Below are positions 18,326 through 28,050 of a stretch of DNA of 64,000 bases, one piece after another. Every line of letters starts with the position of its first letter. The first letter of the stretch is position 1. This DNA is from Candidatus Eiseniibacteriota bacterium (GTDB taxonomy: Bacteria > Eisenbacteria > RBG-16-71-46), in NCBI GenBank assembly GCA_035712145.1, contig DASTBI010000163.1:3241-67240 (forward strand), read 5' to 3'. The notes under the pieces were generated by a model. It saw only the letters and a program-made list of their open reading frames with translations, was not told where the DNA came from and made no database searches. The translations under genes were made by a program, and so were the position numbers.

Positions 18326-20131
18326 TCAGGAAGCTGCACTGGCCTGAGGACTACGGTAGAGGCGCTCGATCACGGGGGCGAATCGCTCCATGATGATTCG
18401 CCGCCGAACCTTGAGCGTGGGCGTGAGCTCACCAGCCTCCTGGGTCAGCTCGCGATCGAGCAGAGCGAATTGCTTGATCTGCTCGAAACGGGCGAGTCCT
18501 TCGTTCACTCCGTCGATCACGGATTGATAGAGTGACCGGACTTCCGGACGCTCGAGCAGCTCGGCCACCGAACCCGCGGTCCAGCCGTGCAACTTCGCCT
18601 CGGCTTCGAGATTGCCGAAGTTGGGCACGAGCAGGCAGACCACGAACGGGCGCCGGTCTCCGAGCATCACCGCCTCGCTGACCCACTTGGTTGCTTTGAG
18701 CTTCGCCTCCAGCGGCTGAGGCGCGATCTTCTTGCCCCCCGCCGTGACCAGCAAGTCCTTGAGCCGGTCGGTGATCACCAGATACCCCTCGTCGTCGAGG
18801 TGGCCGATGTCGCCGGTGTGGAACCAGCCGTCGCGAATGGCGTGGCGCGTGGCTTCCTCGTTTCTGAAGTATCCCTTCATCACGTGCGGGCCCCGGGTCA
18901 GGATCTCGCCTTCGTCTCCAATCCTGACTTCGACGCCTGGAACCGGCGGACCGACCGCGCCCGGCTTCTCACGGCCCGGCGGATTGAGACAGATCACCGG
19001 CGACGTCTCGGTGAGGCCATAGCCTTCCTGCACCGGAATGCCCACAGCGAAGAAGAACTCGAGCACCTTGGGGGCCAGCGGCGCGCCGCCCGAGATGCAG
19101 CGCACGAGCTTGCCGCCGACGCGCGCGCGGATCTTGGCGCCGACCAGGCGGTCGGCGACACGGGCTTGCACGGCGGTGAGGCCGGAGAGGGAGCGCCGCT
19201 CGAAATGGGCCCGCGCGCTCAGCACGCCCTTTTCGAGTCCCCAGTGGAAGATCGCCTGGCGGAGCGGAGGCTGGGTGCGCGCGTTGTCCATGACGCGTGC
19301 GTAGACCTTTTCGAAGAAGCGCGGCACGCCACACAAGGTGGTCGGCTGGACCTCCATGGCATTGGCCGCCACGGTGTCCATGCTCTGGGCGTAGGCGATG
19401 CTGACGCCGCGCGCGAGCATCGCGTAGAGGCCGGCCATCCGCTCGAAGATGTGACACAGCGGGAGGAACGAGAGGCAGCGGTCGGTCGGCTGGAGGTTCA
19501 CGACCTGCAGGCACGCGGCCACGTTGGACACGATGTTCGAGTGGATCAGCATCGCCCCCTTGGGCTCGCCGGTGGTGCCCGAGGTGTAGATGATGGTGGC
19601 GAGATCGTCGGGGCGCACGGCGGCGGCCGCCGCTCGGAAGGCATCGGGCGCCTGCGCACGCAGACCGTTTCCCCGCTCCATCACGCTGGCGAACGACCGC
19701 ACCCGGTCCTGCGCCTTGGCGGAGTCCATCGTCACCAGCGCATCGACCGCCATACCCGACGTCGCCTCCAGCATCTTGCCGAGCAGCTCGGGCGTGGACA
19801 CGACCAGGACCTTGGCGCCAGAGTTCTCGATCAAGAAGCGGATCTGCGGGGCAGTGAGCGTGGGGTAGATCGGCACCGTGACGCCGCCGAGACCGAGCGT
19901 GGCCAGATCGGTCAAAGGCCACTCGTAGCGATTCTCGGACAGGAGGGCCACGCGATCGCCCTTCGAAACACCGAGATCGCGCAGACCGAGCGCCAGCGCT
20001 TCGACGTCGGCGAGCGCCCGGTCGGCAGAGATCGATTCCCATCCCTGTGACCCGCGGCGCATGAACTGGTCGGGTTTCCGGTACGTGGAGACACAATCGA
20101 GAAACAGGCCGATCAAGGTCTCGGCAGCCAT
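18326..20131 (-). CDS. fadD: long-chain fatty acid-CoA ligase (AMP-binding)
   Basis: The internal ATG at 20131 (GGAGGGAACC upstream) gives MAAETLIGLF.... Motifs IIYTSGTTGEPKGAML, TGDIG and GGKKIAP. The listed ORF extension to 20398 is Arg/Pro-rich junk. Confidence 0.92.
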   Translation of the reverse strand: MAAETLIGLFLDCVSTYRKPDQFMRRGSQGWESISADRALADVEALALGLRDLGVSKGDRVALLSENRYEWPLTDLATLGLGGVTVPIYPTLTAPQIRFLIENSGAKVLVVSTPELLGKMLEATSGMAVDALVTMDSAKAQDRVRSFASVMERGNGLRAQAPDAFRAAAAAVRPDDLATIIYTSGTTGEPKGAMLIHSNIVSNVAACLQVVNLQPTDRCLSFLPLCHIFERMAGLYAMLARGVSIAYAQSMDTVAANAMEVQPTTLCGVPRFFEKVYARVMDNARTQPPLRQAIFHWGLEKGVLSARAHFERRSLSGLTAVQARVADRLVGAKIRARVGGKLVRCISGGAPLAPKVLEFFFAVGIPVQEGYGLTETSPVICLNPPGREKPGAVGPPVPGVEVRIGDEGEILTRGPHVMKGYFRNEEATRHAIRDGWFHTGDIGHLDDEGYLVITDRLKDLLVTAGGKKIAPQPLEAKLKATKWVSEAVMLGDRRPFVVCLLVPNFGNLEAEAKLHGWTAGSVAELLERPEVRSLYQSVIDGVNEGLARFEQIKQFALLDRELTQEAGELTPTLKVRRRIIMERFAPVIERLYRSPQASAAS

Positions 20132-20303
20132 GGTTCCCTCCGACAGGCGCTGCGCGGAAGCTGTGTCGAGCGAGGCGGGATGGACGTCAGGCGTAGCACC
20201 GGTGGAACCACCGGGCAAGACGAATCTGACGCCCGGCTTCGTTGACTTGCTCAGCAGCCTGGGCCAAAGTCCGCTGATCGTGCGCGGGCATGCACGGACG
20301 CAA

Positions 20304-21092
20304 ATGCCAAAGTCCCGAGTTCGGAGAGCGGTGAGCCAGCGGCGCCTGACGGCGACGCTCGGGCTTCTCGTGGCCTTCGTGGCTCCTGCGGGGGCCAACG
20401 ATGATCTCGAGCGCGGGGATCAGCTCTATGCCCGGAGTCAGCTGGCGGAGGCGCGTCAGGCGTACCAGACCGCACTCGCCGCCGACCCCAATGGGTTCGA
20501 GGCGCTCTGGCGGCTGGCTCGAGTCGAGTCGGAGCTCGGCGAGGACAGTCGCGGCGAAGCGCAGCGGCAGATGAACGCGGCGGCCGTGGAGCACGCGCGC
20601 GCGGCTGTGAAAGCGGCGCCGGAGAGCGCCCAGGGACACGTCTGGCTGGCGGTGGCGCTTGGCCGGCAGGCGCTCAAGGAGGGACCGAAGACGCGTCTCG
20701 CACTCTCGCGTGAGATCAAGTCGGAAGTCGATCGAGCGATCGCTCTCGACCCAGGCATCGCCCGTGCCTATCACGTGCGCGCGATGTGGAACCGCAAGCT
20801 CACGACGCTGAACTTCGTCGAGCGGAGCGTCGCCAATACCGTCCTCGGCGGGGTTCCCAAAGGCGCTTCCATGGAGAATGCGGTGCGAGATCTGCGGAAG
20901 GCCGTGGAGCTCGAGCCCGACTACATCAACCACCGGCTCGAGCTCGGCCGCACCTACATGATGCTCAAGGATCACGACAAGGCGCGCCGCGAGCTGGAGA
21001 AGGCCGTGGCCCTGACGCCCGGCGCCAGCGCGCGGGATCCCCGGTACCAGGCGGAGGCCAGGGAGCTGCTGGCCAAGCTGGGACGAGATTAG
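20304..21092 (+). CDS. secreted TPR-like repeat protein
   Basis: MPKSRVRR...LLVAFVAPAGA signal peptide, then helical repeats (ARQAYQTALAADP..., ELEKAVALTP...). Lies 13 nt upstream of the thiolase gene. Confidence 0.7.
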   Translation: MPKSRVRRAVSQRRLTATLGLLVAFVAPAGANDDLERGDQLYARSQLAEARQAYQTALAADPNGFEALWRLARVESELGEDSRGEAQRQMNAAAVEHARAAVKAAPESAQGHVWLAVALGRQALKEGPKTRLALSREIKSEVDRAIALDPGIARAYHVRAMWNRKLTTLNFVERSVANTVLGGVPKGASMENAVRDLRKAVELEPDYINHRLELGRTYMMLKDHDKARRELEKAVALTPGASARDPRYQAEARELLAKLGRD

Positions 21093-21105
21093 CAGCCGGC
21101 CGAGC

Positions 21106-22383
21106 ATGGGCGCCGTGTGGCTTCTGTCAGGCGTGAGAACTCCGTTCGTCAAGGCGGGCGCTGCCTTTCGCGACACGCCGGCCTACGAGCTGGGCCGCGT
21201 CGCGGTCGGCGAGGCGATCGCGCGGGCCGAGCTCGATCCCGGAAGCCTCGATGAAGTCATCCTCGGCAACTGCGCGCAGCCCGCCGAAGCCGCCAACGTG
21301 GCGCGCATCGTCGCGCTCCGCGCCGGCGTTCCGGATCCCGTGCCCGCGGTGACGGTGCATCGCAATTGCGCCTCCGGCATGGAGTCCGTGGCCACCGCGA
21401 TCCAGCGCATCAAGGCTGGCGACGCCCGGCTCATCCTCGCCGGTGGCACCGAGTCGATGAGCCAGATTCCGCTGCTCTACTCGTTCGAGTACGGCGCGTG
21501 GCTGGAAGGCATGATGCGCTCCAAGTCGCCGCTCCAGCGCCTTCGCGCCTTCACCCGCTTTCGCCCGCACATGCTGCGGCCGCGCATCGCGCTGGCCGAA
21601 GGACTCACCGACCTGGTGTGCGGCCTCAACATGGGGCAGACGGCCGAGCGCGTGGCGCAGGAATTCAAGATCGGTCGCGACCGCCAGGACGCGTACGCCT
21701 TGCAGAGTCACCATCGCGCGATCGCGGCTCGCGAGCGGCTGCGCGAGGAGATCGTTCCGGCGTTTGCGGGAAAGCGTTCCGACCCCATCGTCGACGACAT
21801 CGGACCGCGCGAGAACCAGACGCTCGAGGCGCTGGCGAAGCTGAAGCCGTACTTCGACCGCAAGAACGGCACCGTGACGGTGGGCAACGCATGTCAGGTC
21901 ACGGATGGCGCGGTCGCCCTGCTGGTGGGTGACGACGCCATGGCGTCGCGCTGGCCCACGCCGCCGCTGGCGCGGATTCGGGCGCATGCGTTCGCAGGCC
22001 TCTCGCCGGCGCGCATGGGGCTGGGCCCCGTGTTCGCGTCGGCGAAGGCGCTGGCCCGGGCAGGGCTCGAGCTCTCGGATTGCGAGCTGTTCGAGATCAA
22101 CGAAGCGTTCGCCGCCCAGGTGCTGGCTTGCGTCGAGGCCGGCCAGTCCGCGTCGTTCGCGCGCGACGAGCTGTCGCGCGACCGCCCGCTCGGCGAGTTC
22201 CCGCTGGACCGCCTGAATGTGAACGGCGGCGCGATCGCGCTGGGCCATCCGGTGGGCGCGAGCGGCGCACGGCTCCTGCTCACGCTCGCGCTCGAGCTCC
22301 GGCGCCGCGGCCAGAAGCGCGGTCTCGCGAGCTTGTGCGTGGGTGGAGGCCAGGGCGCCGCGTTCGTCCTGGAACGCGACTGA
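21106..22383 (+). CDS. fadA: acetyl-CoA C-acyltransferase (3-ketoacyl-CoA thiolase)
   Basis: 425 aa. VHRNCASGMES (catalytic Cys), NVNGGAIALGHPVGASG, and CVGGGQG. Confidence 0.95.
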   Translation: MGAVWLLSGVRTPFVKAGAAFRDTPAYELGRVAVGEAIARAELDPGSLDEVILGNCAQPAEAANVARIVALRAGVPDPVPAVTVHRNCASGMESVATAIQRIKAGDARLILAGGTESMSQIPLLYSFEYGAWLEGMMRSKSPLQRLRAFTRFRPHMLRPRIALAEGLTDLVCGLNMGQTAERVAQEFKIGRDRQDAYALQSHHRAIAARERLREEIVPAFAGKRSDPIVDDIGPRENQTLEALAKLKPYFDRKNGTVTVGNACQVTDGAVALLVGDDAMASRWPTPPLARIRAHAFAGLSPARMGLGPVFASAKALARAGLELSDCELFEINEAFAAQVLACVEAGQSASFARDELSRDRPLGEFPLDRLNVNGGAIALGHPVGASGARLLLTLALELRRRGQKRGLASLCVGGGQGAAFVLERD

Positions 22384-24533
22384 TGCCGGTCTTCCACCTC
22401 GACCGCAAGGACCGAGGGATCGTTCATCTCGTCATGGATCACCCCGCGCGCCGCGTCAACGTGCTCGACGTGGAAGCGCTCGACGATCTTGGAAGGACGC
22501 TCGAAGATCTGTCCTCCATGGCCGATCTCCAGGGCGTGGTCCTGCGATCCGGCAAACCCGGCAGCTTCATCGCCGGCGCCGACGTCCAGGCGATTGGCTC
22601 CATCACCGACCGTGACGAGGTGCTGCAACTCGTGCGCCGTGCGCACGCGGCCTTCGGAAAGCTCGCGAGCTTGCCGTGTCCGACGGTGGCCGCGATCGAC
22701 GGCGTGTGCCTGGGTGGAGGAACCGAGCTCGCGCTGGCATGCGACTCGAGGATCGCGAGCGAGGAGCCACGCACGCAGATCGGCCTGCCGGAGGTGCTGC
22801 TCGGCATCTTTCCCGGCTTCGGCGGCAGCCAGCGCCTCCCGCGGCTCATCGGCCTTCCCGCGGCGCTCGACCTGATCCTCACCGGGCGGGCGGTCGACGC
22901 CCGCCGCGCCGAGAAGATGGGGCTGGTGGCGCGCGCGGTGCCCGCGGCCTGGCTGATCGAGCACGCTCACCGACGTCTCGAGGCGCTCGCTCGCCGGCCG
23001 AAGGGCCGCCGCAGAGATGCCTACCGGCCGCGCGGGTTCGGGGCCTGGTTCCTCGGCTCGACGCCGTTCGGCCGCACGCTCGTGCTGTCGCGCGCACGGG
23101 GGATGACGCGAGCGCGCACCGGCGGCAACTATCCCGCGCCGGTGGCGGCGATCGAGGTCATCGAGCGCACGCTCCATCTCCCGATCCAGGCCGGTCTCGA
23201 GATCGAGGCATCGCGGGTGAGCGACCTCGTCATCGGACCGGTGTGCAAGAACCTGGTGCGCATCTTCGAGCTGTCCGAGGCGGCGAAGAAGGACGCCGTC
23301 GGAAGCGATCCCAAGGCCCAGCCGCGCCCGGTCGATCGCCTGGCGCTGATCGGAGCGGGCATCATGGGCGGCGGAGTCGCCGAGCTCGCCAGCCGGCACG
23401 GCATCCAGGTGCGAATGCGCGACCTCAGCATCGAGGCTCTGGCGCGCGCGCTGCGCACGGTGCGCTCGCTGATCGACGAACGCGGGCGCAAGAGGCGGCT
23501 GGCCGCGCGGGAGCGCGACGCCCAGATCGCGCGCATCCTGCCGACGACGGAACTGAGTGGATTCGGCGCCGCGGACTTCGCGCTCGAAGCGGTGGTCGAG
23601 GATCTGGAGATCAAGCGCCGGGTGCTGGCCGAGCTGGAGGTGAGGGTTCGCGAAGACTGCGTGCTCGCCACCAACACGTCCTCGCTTTCCGTGACCGAGC
23701 TGGCGCGAGGGCTCGCCCGTCCGGAGCGCCTTTGCGGCTTCCACTTCTTCAACCCCGTCCACCGAATGCCGCTGATCGAGGTCGTGCGCGGCGAGCAGAC
23801 GGCGGATCAGGCGCTGGTCACCGCCGTGTCGCTGGCCCGGCGTCTGGGAAAGACACCGGTCGTGGTGAAGGACGCTCCGGGCTTCGTGGTGAACCGGATC
23901 CTGATGCCTTATCTGCGCGAGGCCACCTGGCTTCTCGAGGAGGGTTACTCGGTCGTCGACATCGACGCGGCGATGCGCCGCTTCGGCATGCCGATGGGAC
24001 CGTTCGAGGTGGTCGACGAAGTGGGGCTCGACGTCGCGCAGAAGGTGGCGGGCGTGCTGAGCCGGGCATTCCCGTCGCGCATGTCCACCTCACCGGAGCT
24101 CGAGAAGATGGTGGCCGCCGGTCGCTTGGGCCGGAAGAACGGACTCGGCTTCTACCGCTACAGCGGCGCCAGGCGCCTCCCCGACCCTGATCTGCGCGCC
24201 ACGCTGGGGCTCACTCGCCAGCGCCGGCCCCAGACGCTCGAGACCATCTCGGAGCGGCTCGTGCTCGTGATGGTGAACGAGGCGGCCCGGTGTCTCGAAG
24301 AGGCCGTGGTCCCCGATGCGGGCAAGGTCGACCTGGCGATGATCTTCGGCGCCGGTTTCCCGCCGTTCCGCGGCGGCCTCCTGCGTCACGCCGACGCCTT
24401 CGGTCTGGCGCGCGCCGAACACAGGCTGATCGCGCTCCGCGCCGAGAAGGGCGACCGCTTCGAGCCGGCGGCGCTGCTGTCCAGGCTCGTGGCCCAGGGC
24501 GGTACCTTCACTGCGCCGACCGTCACGAGCTAG
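22383..24533 (+). CDS. fadB: fatty-acid oxidation complex alpha subunit (enoyl-CoA hydratase / 3-hydroxyacyl-CoA dehydrogenase)
   Basis: ATG at 22383 overlaps the fadA stop (TGATG). N-terminal crotonase fold (GSFIAGADV...GGGTELALACD), then a Rossmann block LIGAGIMGGGVA and a 3HCDH C-domain. Confidence 0.93.
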   Translation: MPVFHLDRKDRGIVHLVMDHPARRVNVLDVEALDDLGRTLEDLSSMADLQGVVLRSGKPGSFIAGADVQAIGSITDRDEVLQLVRRAHAAFGKLASLPCPTVAAIDGVCLGGGTELALACDSRIASEEPRTQIGLPEVLLGIFPGFGGSQRLPRLIGLPAALDLILTGRAVDARRAEKMGLVARAVPAAWLIEHAHRRLEALARRPKGRRRDAYRPRGFGAWFLGSTPFGRTLVLSRARGMTRARTGGNYPAPVAAIEVIERTLHLPIQAGLEIEASRVSDLVIGPVCKNLVRIFELSEAAKKDAVGSDPKAQPRPVDRLALIGAGIMGGGVAELASRHGIQVRMRDLSIEALARALRTVRSLIDERGRKRRLAARERDAQIARILPTTELSGFGAADFALEAVVEDLEIKRRVLAELEVRVREDCVLATNTSSLSVTELARGLARPERLCGFHFFNPVHRMPLIEVVRGEQTADQALVTAVSLARRLGKTPVVVKDAPGFVVNRILMPYLREATWLLEEGYSVVDIDAAMRRFGMPMGPFEVVDEVGLDVAQKVAGVLSRAFPSRMSTSPELEKMVAAGRLGRKNGLGFYRYSGARRLPDPDLRATLGLTRQRRPQTLETISERLVLVMVNEAARCLEEAVVPDAGKVDLAMIFGAGFPPFRGGLLRHADAFGLARAEHRLIALRAEKGDRFEPAALLSRLVAQGGTFTAPTVTS

Positions 24534-24597
24534 ACCTCGAGCACCAGGACCGGCGGGGATCGAGCGTCGGGGTTGAGCTCGTCCGGCACGAATGTCG

Positions 24598-27500
24598 TCA
24601 CGCTTCGCGTCCCGCGCCGGGGAGTGAGATGGCCGCGCTTCGCACGACCTCACGGCTCCGCCACAACGCGTAAGCGGCAGGAATCGCCAGCATCGTGAGG
24701 AACATGCATGCCCACAACCCGCCGACGACCGGTCCCGCCGTCCGCGCCGTGATGTCGGCTCCGACTCCTCCCTCCCACAGCAGCGGCATGAGTCCGAGCA
24801 CGGTCGTCGCAACCGTCATCACCAGCGGCCGCGCATTCCTGGCCGCCCCTTCGACGACCACGGACGTGACGTCCTCCGCCGTCCGGACGCGTCCTTCCTG
24901 CCGGGCGCGGAGGAATGCCTCGTCGAGATAGACGACGATCACGATGCCGGTCTGGGCAGCGAGGCCGGCCACGGCAATCAGACCGACCCACACGGCCGTC
25001 GACAGGTTGTAGCCCATGAACGACAGGAGCCACACGCTGCCCGCGAGGGCGAACGGCAGACTGAGGAGGACGAGAAACGTCTGCGGCCATCCGCGCACGG
25101 AGAGGTAGAGCAATGCCACGATGAGGACCAGCGTCAGTGGGAGCACGATCCGCAGCCGCGACTCCATCTCGGCCATGAACTCGTACTGGCCGGTCCATTG
25201 GAGTCGGTAGCCGGCCGGCAGCGCCAGGCGTTCCGCGACCAATCGCTTTGCGTCGTGGACCCATCCGCCGAGATCGCGGCGAGAGAGATCGATGTCCGCG
25301 AAGACGTAACCCACCAGCACCCCATTCTCGTCCTTGATCATGGGCGGACCGTTGACCACCCGAACGTCCGCCAGAGCGCCAAGCGGCACGGCGGCATTCG
25401 GCTGCCGCCAGCGATCGGCATCGTCCGCTTCCGAGCCTGCGCCTCGCATGGAGGCTGCTTGGGACATCCCTGTTCCTGCGGACATCTTCGAAGACGGGCT
25501 GTTTCCTCCCATGCCCGAGCCGCCCATCCGGCCTGACCCCACTCCCGATTGACCGGCCATTGCACCCGAATTCGAAGTCCCGCGACCGGTGCTGCCCGGC
25601 TCGGGCTCCGCAATCGATTCGCTCGAGGGGACCGGAACCAGGATGCTCCGGATCGCCTCGGGATCGGCGCGGTAGTCGGCTGCGTAACGAAGGTTGACCG
25701 GGAAGCGTGACCTGCCCGAGATGACCGTGGACACGCCCATTCCTCCGATTGCCCCTTCCACGACGTCGTGGACCTGGCGCATGGTCAGGCCGTAGCGGGC
25801 GATGGCCTTTCGGTCGGCGACGACGTCGATGTACTCGCGTCCCGACTGGCGTTCGGCGAACGTGCTGCGCGTCCCTTGCACCTCGCGCAGGAGACCTTCG
25901 AGCGCGATCGAAACTCTCTCGATCTCCGCCAGGTCGCTTCCGAGCACCTTGATGCCAGCCGGGGTCCGCACTCCGGTGGTCAGCATGTCGATGCGCGTGC
26001 GGATCGGCGGCGAGATCGCCATTTGGTAGCCCGGCATGCGGAGCGCGAGGTCGAGGTCGCGGGCCAGCTCGGGGAGCGTGCGGCGCCGGCGCTCGGGCCA
26101 GACCGCCCGGAGGGGCGCCGCGAGAAATTGCGGGGCCCAGGTGCTGTACCATCGTCGCGTCGTCACGAGCGGCCAGTCCTTCCGAGGCCGCAAGGCGACC
26201 ACCGATTCGATCATGTCGAGCTGCGCGGGATCGGTGGCGGTCTCCGCGCGCCCGGCCTTGCCATGCACCGAGGACACCTCGCCGAAACGCTTGATCACCC
26301 GATGCTGTGCAGTGAGCGCTTGGCGGGCGGCCTCGATCGAGATGCCCGGGAAGGTCGTCGGCATCACCAACAGGGATCCCTCGTCGAGCGGCGGCATGAA
26401 CTCCGATCCCAGTCTCAAGTAGAGCGGCACCGTTGCCACGATGGCCGCGGCCGCTGCCGCGACGACCAGCCTGCGGCGGCGAACCGCCCATGCCACCAGC
26501 GGCCGGTAGGCGCGCTGCAGGAACCGGGCGACCGGGTTCTCGGCGGCCGTCCGGAAGCGCCCGCGCAGGAGCACCACCATCAGAGGCGGCGCAAGGGTGA
26601 TCGAGAGGATCGACGCCGCGAACATCGCGAACGTCTTGGTGAACGCCAGGGGCTGGAACAGGCGGCCGGCTTGCCCGGCGAGTGTGAAGATGGGGAGGAA
26701 GCTGACGGTGATGAGCAGCAGCGAAAAGAAGATGGGCCTGCCGACCTCCTTGCACGCATCGACGATGATGCGCTGTCGATCCTCGCCCGGAGCGGCCCTG
26801 GCAAGCCGGACGTGGGCGTTCTCGATCAGCACGATCGCCGCATCGGCGAGCTCGCCGACCGCGATGGCGATCCCACCCAGGGACATGATGTTGGACGTGA
26901 GGCCCAGGTAGTACATCGGGATGAACGAGAGCAGCACCGACAGCGGCAGGATGATCATCGCCACGAGGGCGGATCGCGCGTGGAACAGGAACACGAGGCA
27001 GACGAGCGCGATGATGATCCCCTCTTCGATCAGCGTGTTCCTGAGCGTTTCGATCGACCCGAGGATGAGCTCCGAGCGGTCGTACGTCGGCACGAGCCGG
27101 ACTCCGGCGGGCAGGCTCAACTCCGCGATCTGTTTCTCGAGCGCCTGGATGACCCTCAGGGCGTTGGAGCCGATGCGCATCACGACGATGCCGCCCACAG
27201 CCTCGCCGCGGCCGTTCAAGTCGGCGGCGCCCCGCCTGATCTCGGGACCGAACTGCACCCGGGCAACGTCGCGGAGGCGGATGGGCGTCCCACCCGGGCC
27301 CACCGCGACCACGCTCTCCTCGAGATCCGCGAGGCTGTCGACGTAGCCACGTCCCCGCAGGACGTATTCCCGGCCGGCGAGCTCGAGAACCCGAGCGCCC
27401 ACCTCCGAGTTGGCCTCGCTCGCCGCCCGCGTGATGTCGGCGAGAGTCAGGCCGTAGGACACCAGCCTGTCGGGGTCGAGCACGATCTGGTACTGGCGTT

Positions 27501-28050
27501 CGAACCCGCCCAGCGAAGCAACCTCGGCAACGCCGCCGACCGCCTGAAGGGCAGGCCTGACCGTGAAATCCTGAAGCTCCCGCAAGCGCGCCAGGTCGAG
27601 CCGGCGCGTCGTGTCCACGAGCACGTATTGGTAGATCCAACCCACGCCTGAGGCGTCGGGGCCGAGGACTGGCGTCACGTTCGGCGGCAGGAACTGTTGG
27701 ACCCTGCCGAGCTGTTCCAACACGCGGGTACGGGCCCAGTAGATCTCGGTGCCTTCGTCGAAGATGGCGTAGACGAAGCTCATCCCGAACATCGAGTAGC
27801 CACGGACCGTGCGAACGCCAGGCGTGCTCTGGAGCGCGCGGACCATCGGGTACGTGATCTGGTCCTCGACCAGGTCCGGACTGCGGCCCATCCACTCCGT
27901 GAATACGATCACCTGCGGATCGGAGAGGTCGGGGATGGCATCGAGCGGCGTCTTGCGCATCGAGTCGAACGCCCAGAGCGCCGCCACGAGAACGGCCCCG
28001 AACACGACCCAGCGGTGTCGCGCGCTTCCTTCGATGATGCGCTCGATCAT
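24598..28050 (-). CDS. cusA: CusA/CzcA family heavy-metal efflux RND transporter (with Met/Gly/Ser-rich insertion)
   Basis: 1150 aa. MIERIIEGSARHRWVV... is a typical HME-RND N-terminus, with 12-TM architecture and the conserved blocks GGIAIAVGELADAAIVLIEN. Confidence 0.95.
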   Translation of the reverse strand: MIERIIEGSARHRWVVFGAVLVAALWAFDSMRKTPLDAIPDLSDPQVIVFTEWMGRSPDLVEDQITYPMVRALQSTPGVRTVRGYSMFGMSFVYAIFDEGTEIYWARTRVLEQLGRVQQFLPPNVTPVLGPDASGVGWIYQYVLVDTTRRLDLARLRELQDFTVRPALQAVGGVAEVASLGGFERQYQIVLDPDRLVSYGLTLADITRAASEANSEVGARVLELAGREYVLRGRGYVDSLADLEESVVAVGPGGTPIRLRDVARVQFGPEIRRGAADLNGRGEAVGGIVVMRIGSNALRVIQALEKQIAELSLPAGVRLVPTYDRSELILGSIETLRNTLIEEGIIIALVCLVFLFHARSALVAMIILPLSVLLSFIPMYYLGLTSNIMSLGGIAIAVGELADAAIVLIENAHVRLARAAPGEDRQRIIVDACKEVGRPIFFSLLLITVSFLPIFTLAGQAGRLFQPLAFTKTFAMFAASILSITLAPPLMVVLLRGRFRTAAENPVARFLQRAYRPLVAWAVRRRRLVVAAAAAAIVATVPLYLRLGSEFMPPLDEGSLLVMPTTFPGISIEAARQALTAQHRVIKRFGEVSSVHGKAGRAETATDPAQLDMIESVVALRPRKDWPLVTTRRWYSTWAPQFLAAPLRAVWPERRRRTLPELARDLDLALRMPGYQMAISPPIRTRIDMLTTGVRTPAGIKVLGSDLAEIERVSIALEGLLREVQGTRSTFAERQSGREYIDVVADRKAIARYGLTMRQVHDVVEGAIGGMGVSTVISGRSRFPVNLRYAADYRADPEAIRSILVPVPSSESIAEPEPGSTGRGTSNSGAMAGQSGVGSGRMGGSGMGGNSPSSKMSAGTGMSQAASMRGAGSEADDADRWRQPNAAVPLGALADVRVVNGPPMIKDENGVLVGYVFADIDLSRRDLGGWVHDAKRLVAERLALPAGYRLQWTGQYEFMAEMESRLRIVLPLTLVLIVALLYLSVRGWPQTFLVLLSLPFALAGSVWLLSFMGYNLSTAVWVGLIAVAGLAAQTGIVIVVYLDEAFLRARQEGRVRTAEDVTSVVVEGAARNARPLVMTVATTVLGLMPLLWEGGVGADITARTAGPVVGGLWACMFLTMLAIPAAYALWRSREVVRSAAISLPGAGREA

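Noticed and set aside
21894-27895. Long alternative-frame or antisense ORFs over fadA/fadB and cusA (21894..23762 minus, 22676..24190 plus, 24650..27895 minus, 25768..27651 plus)
   Set aside because: All are Arg/Gly/Pro-rich with no motifs. They overlap genes with unambiguous thiolase, dehydrogenase or RND signatures, so they are GC-driven open frames.
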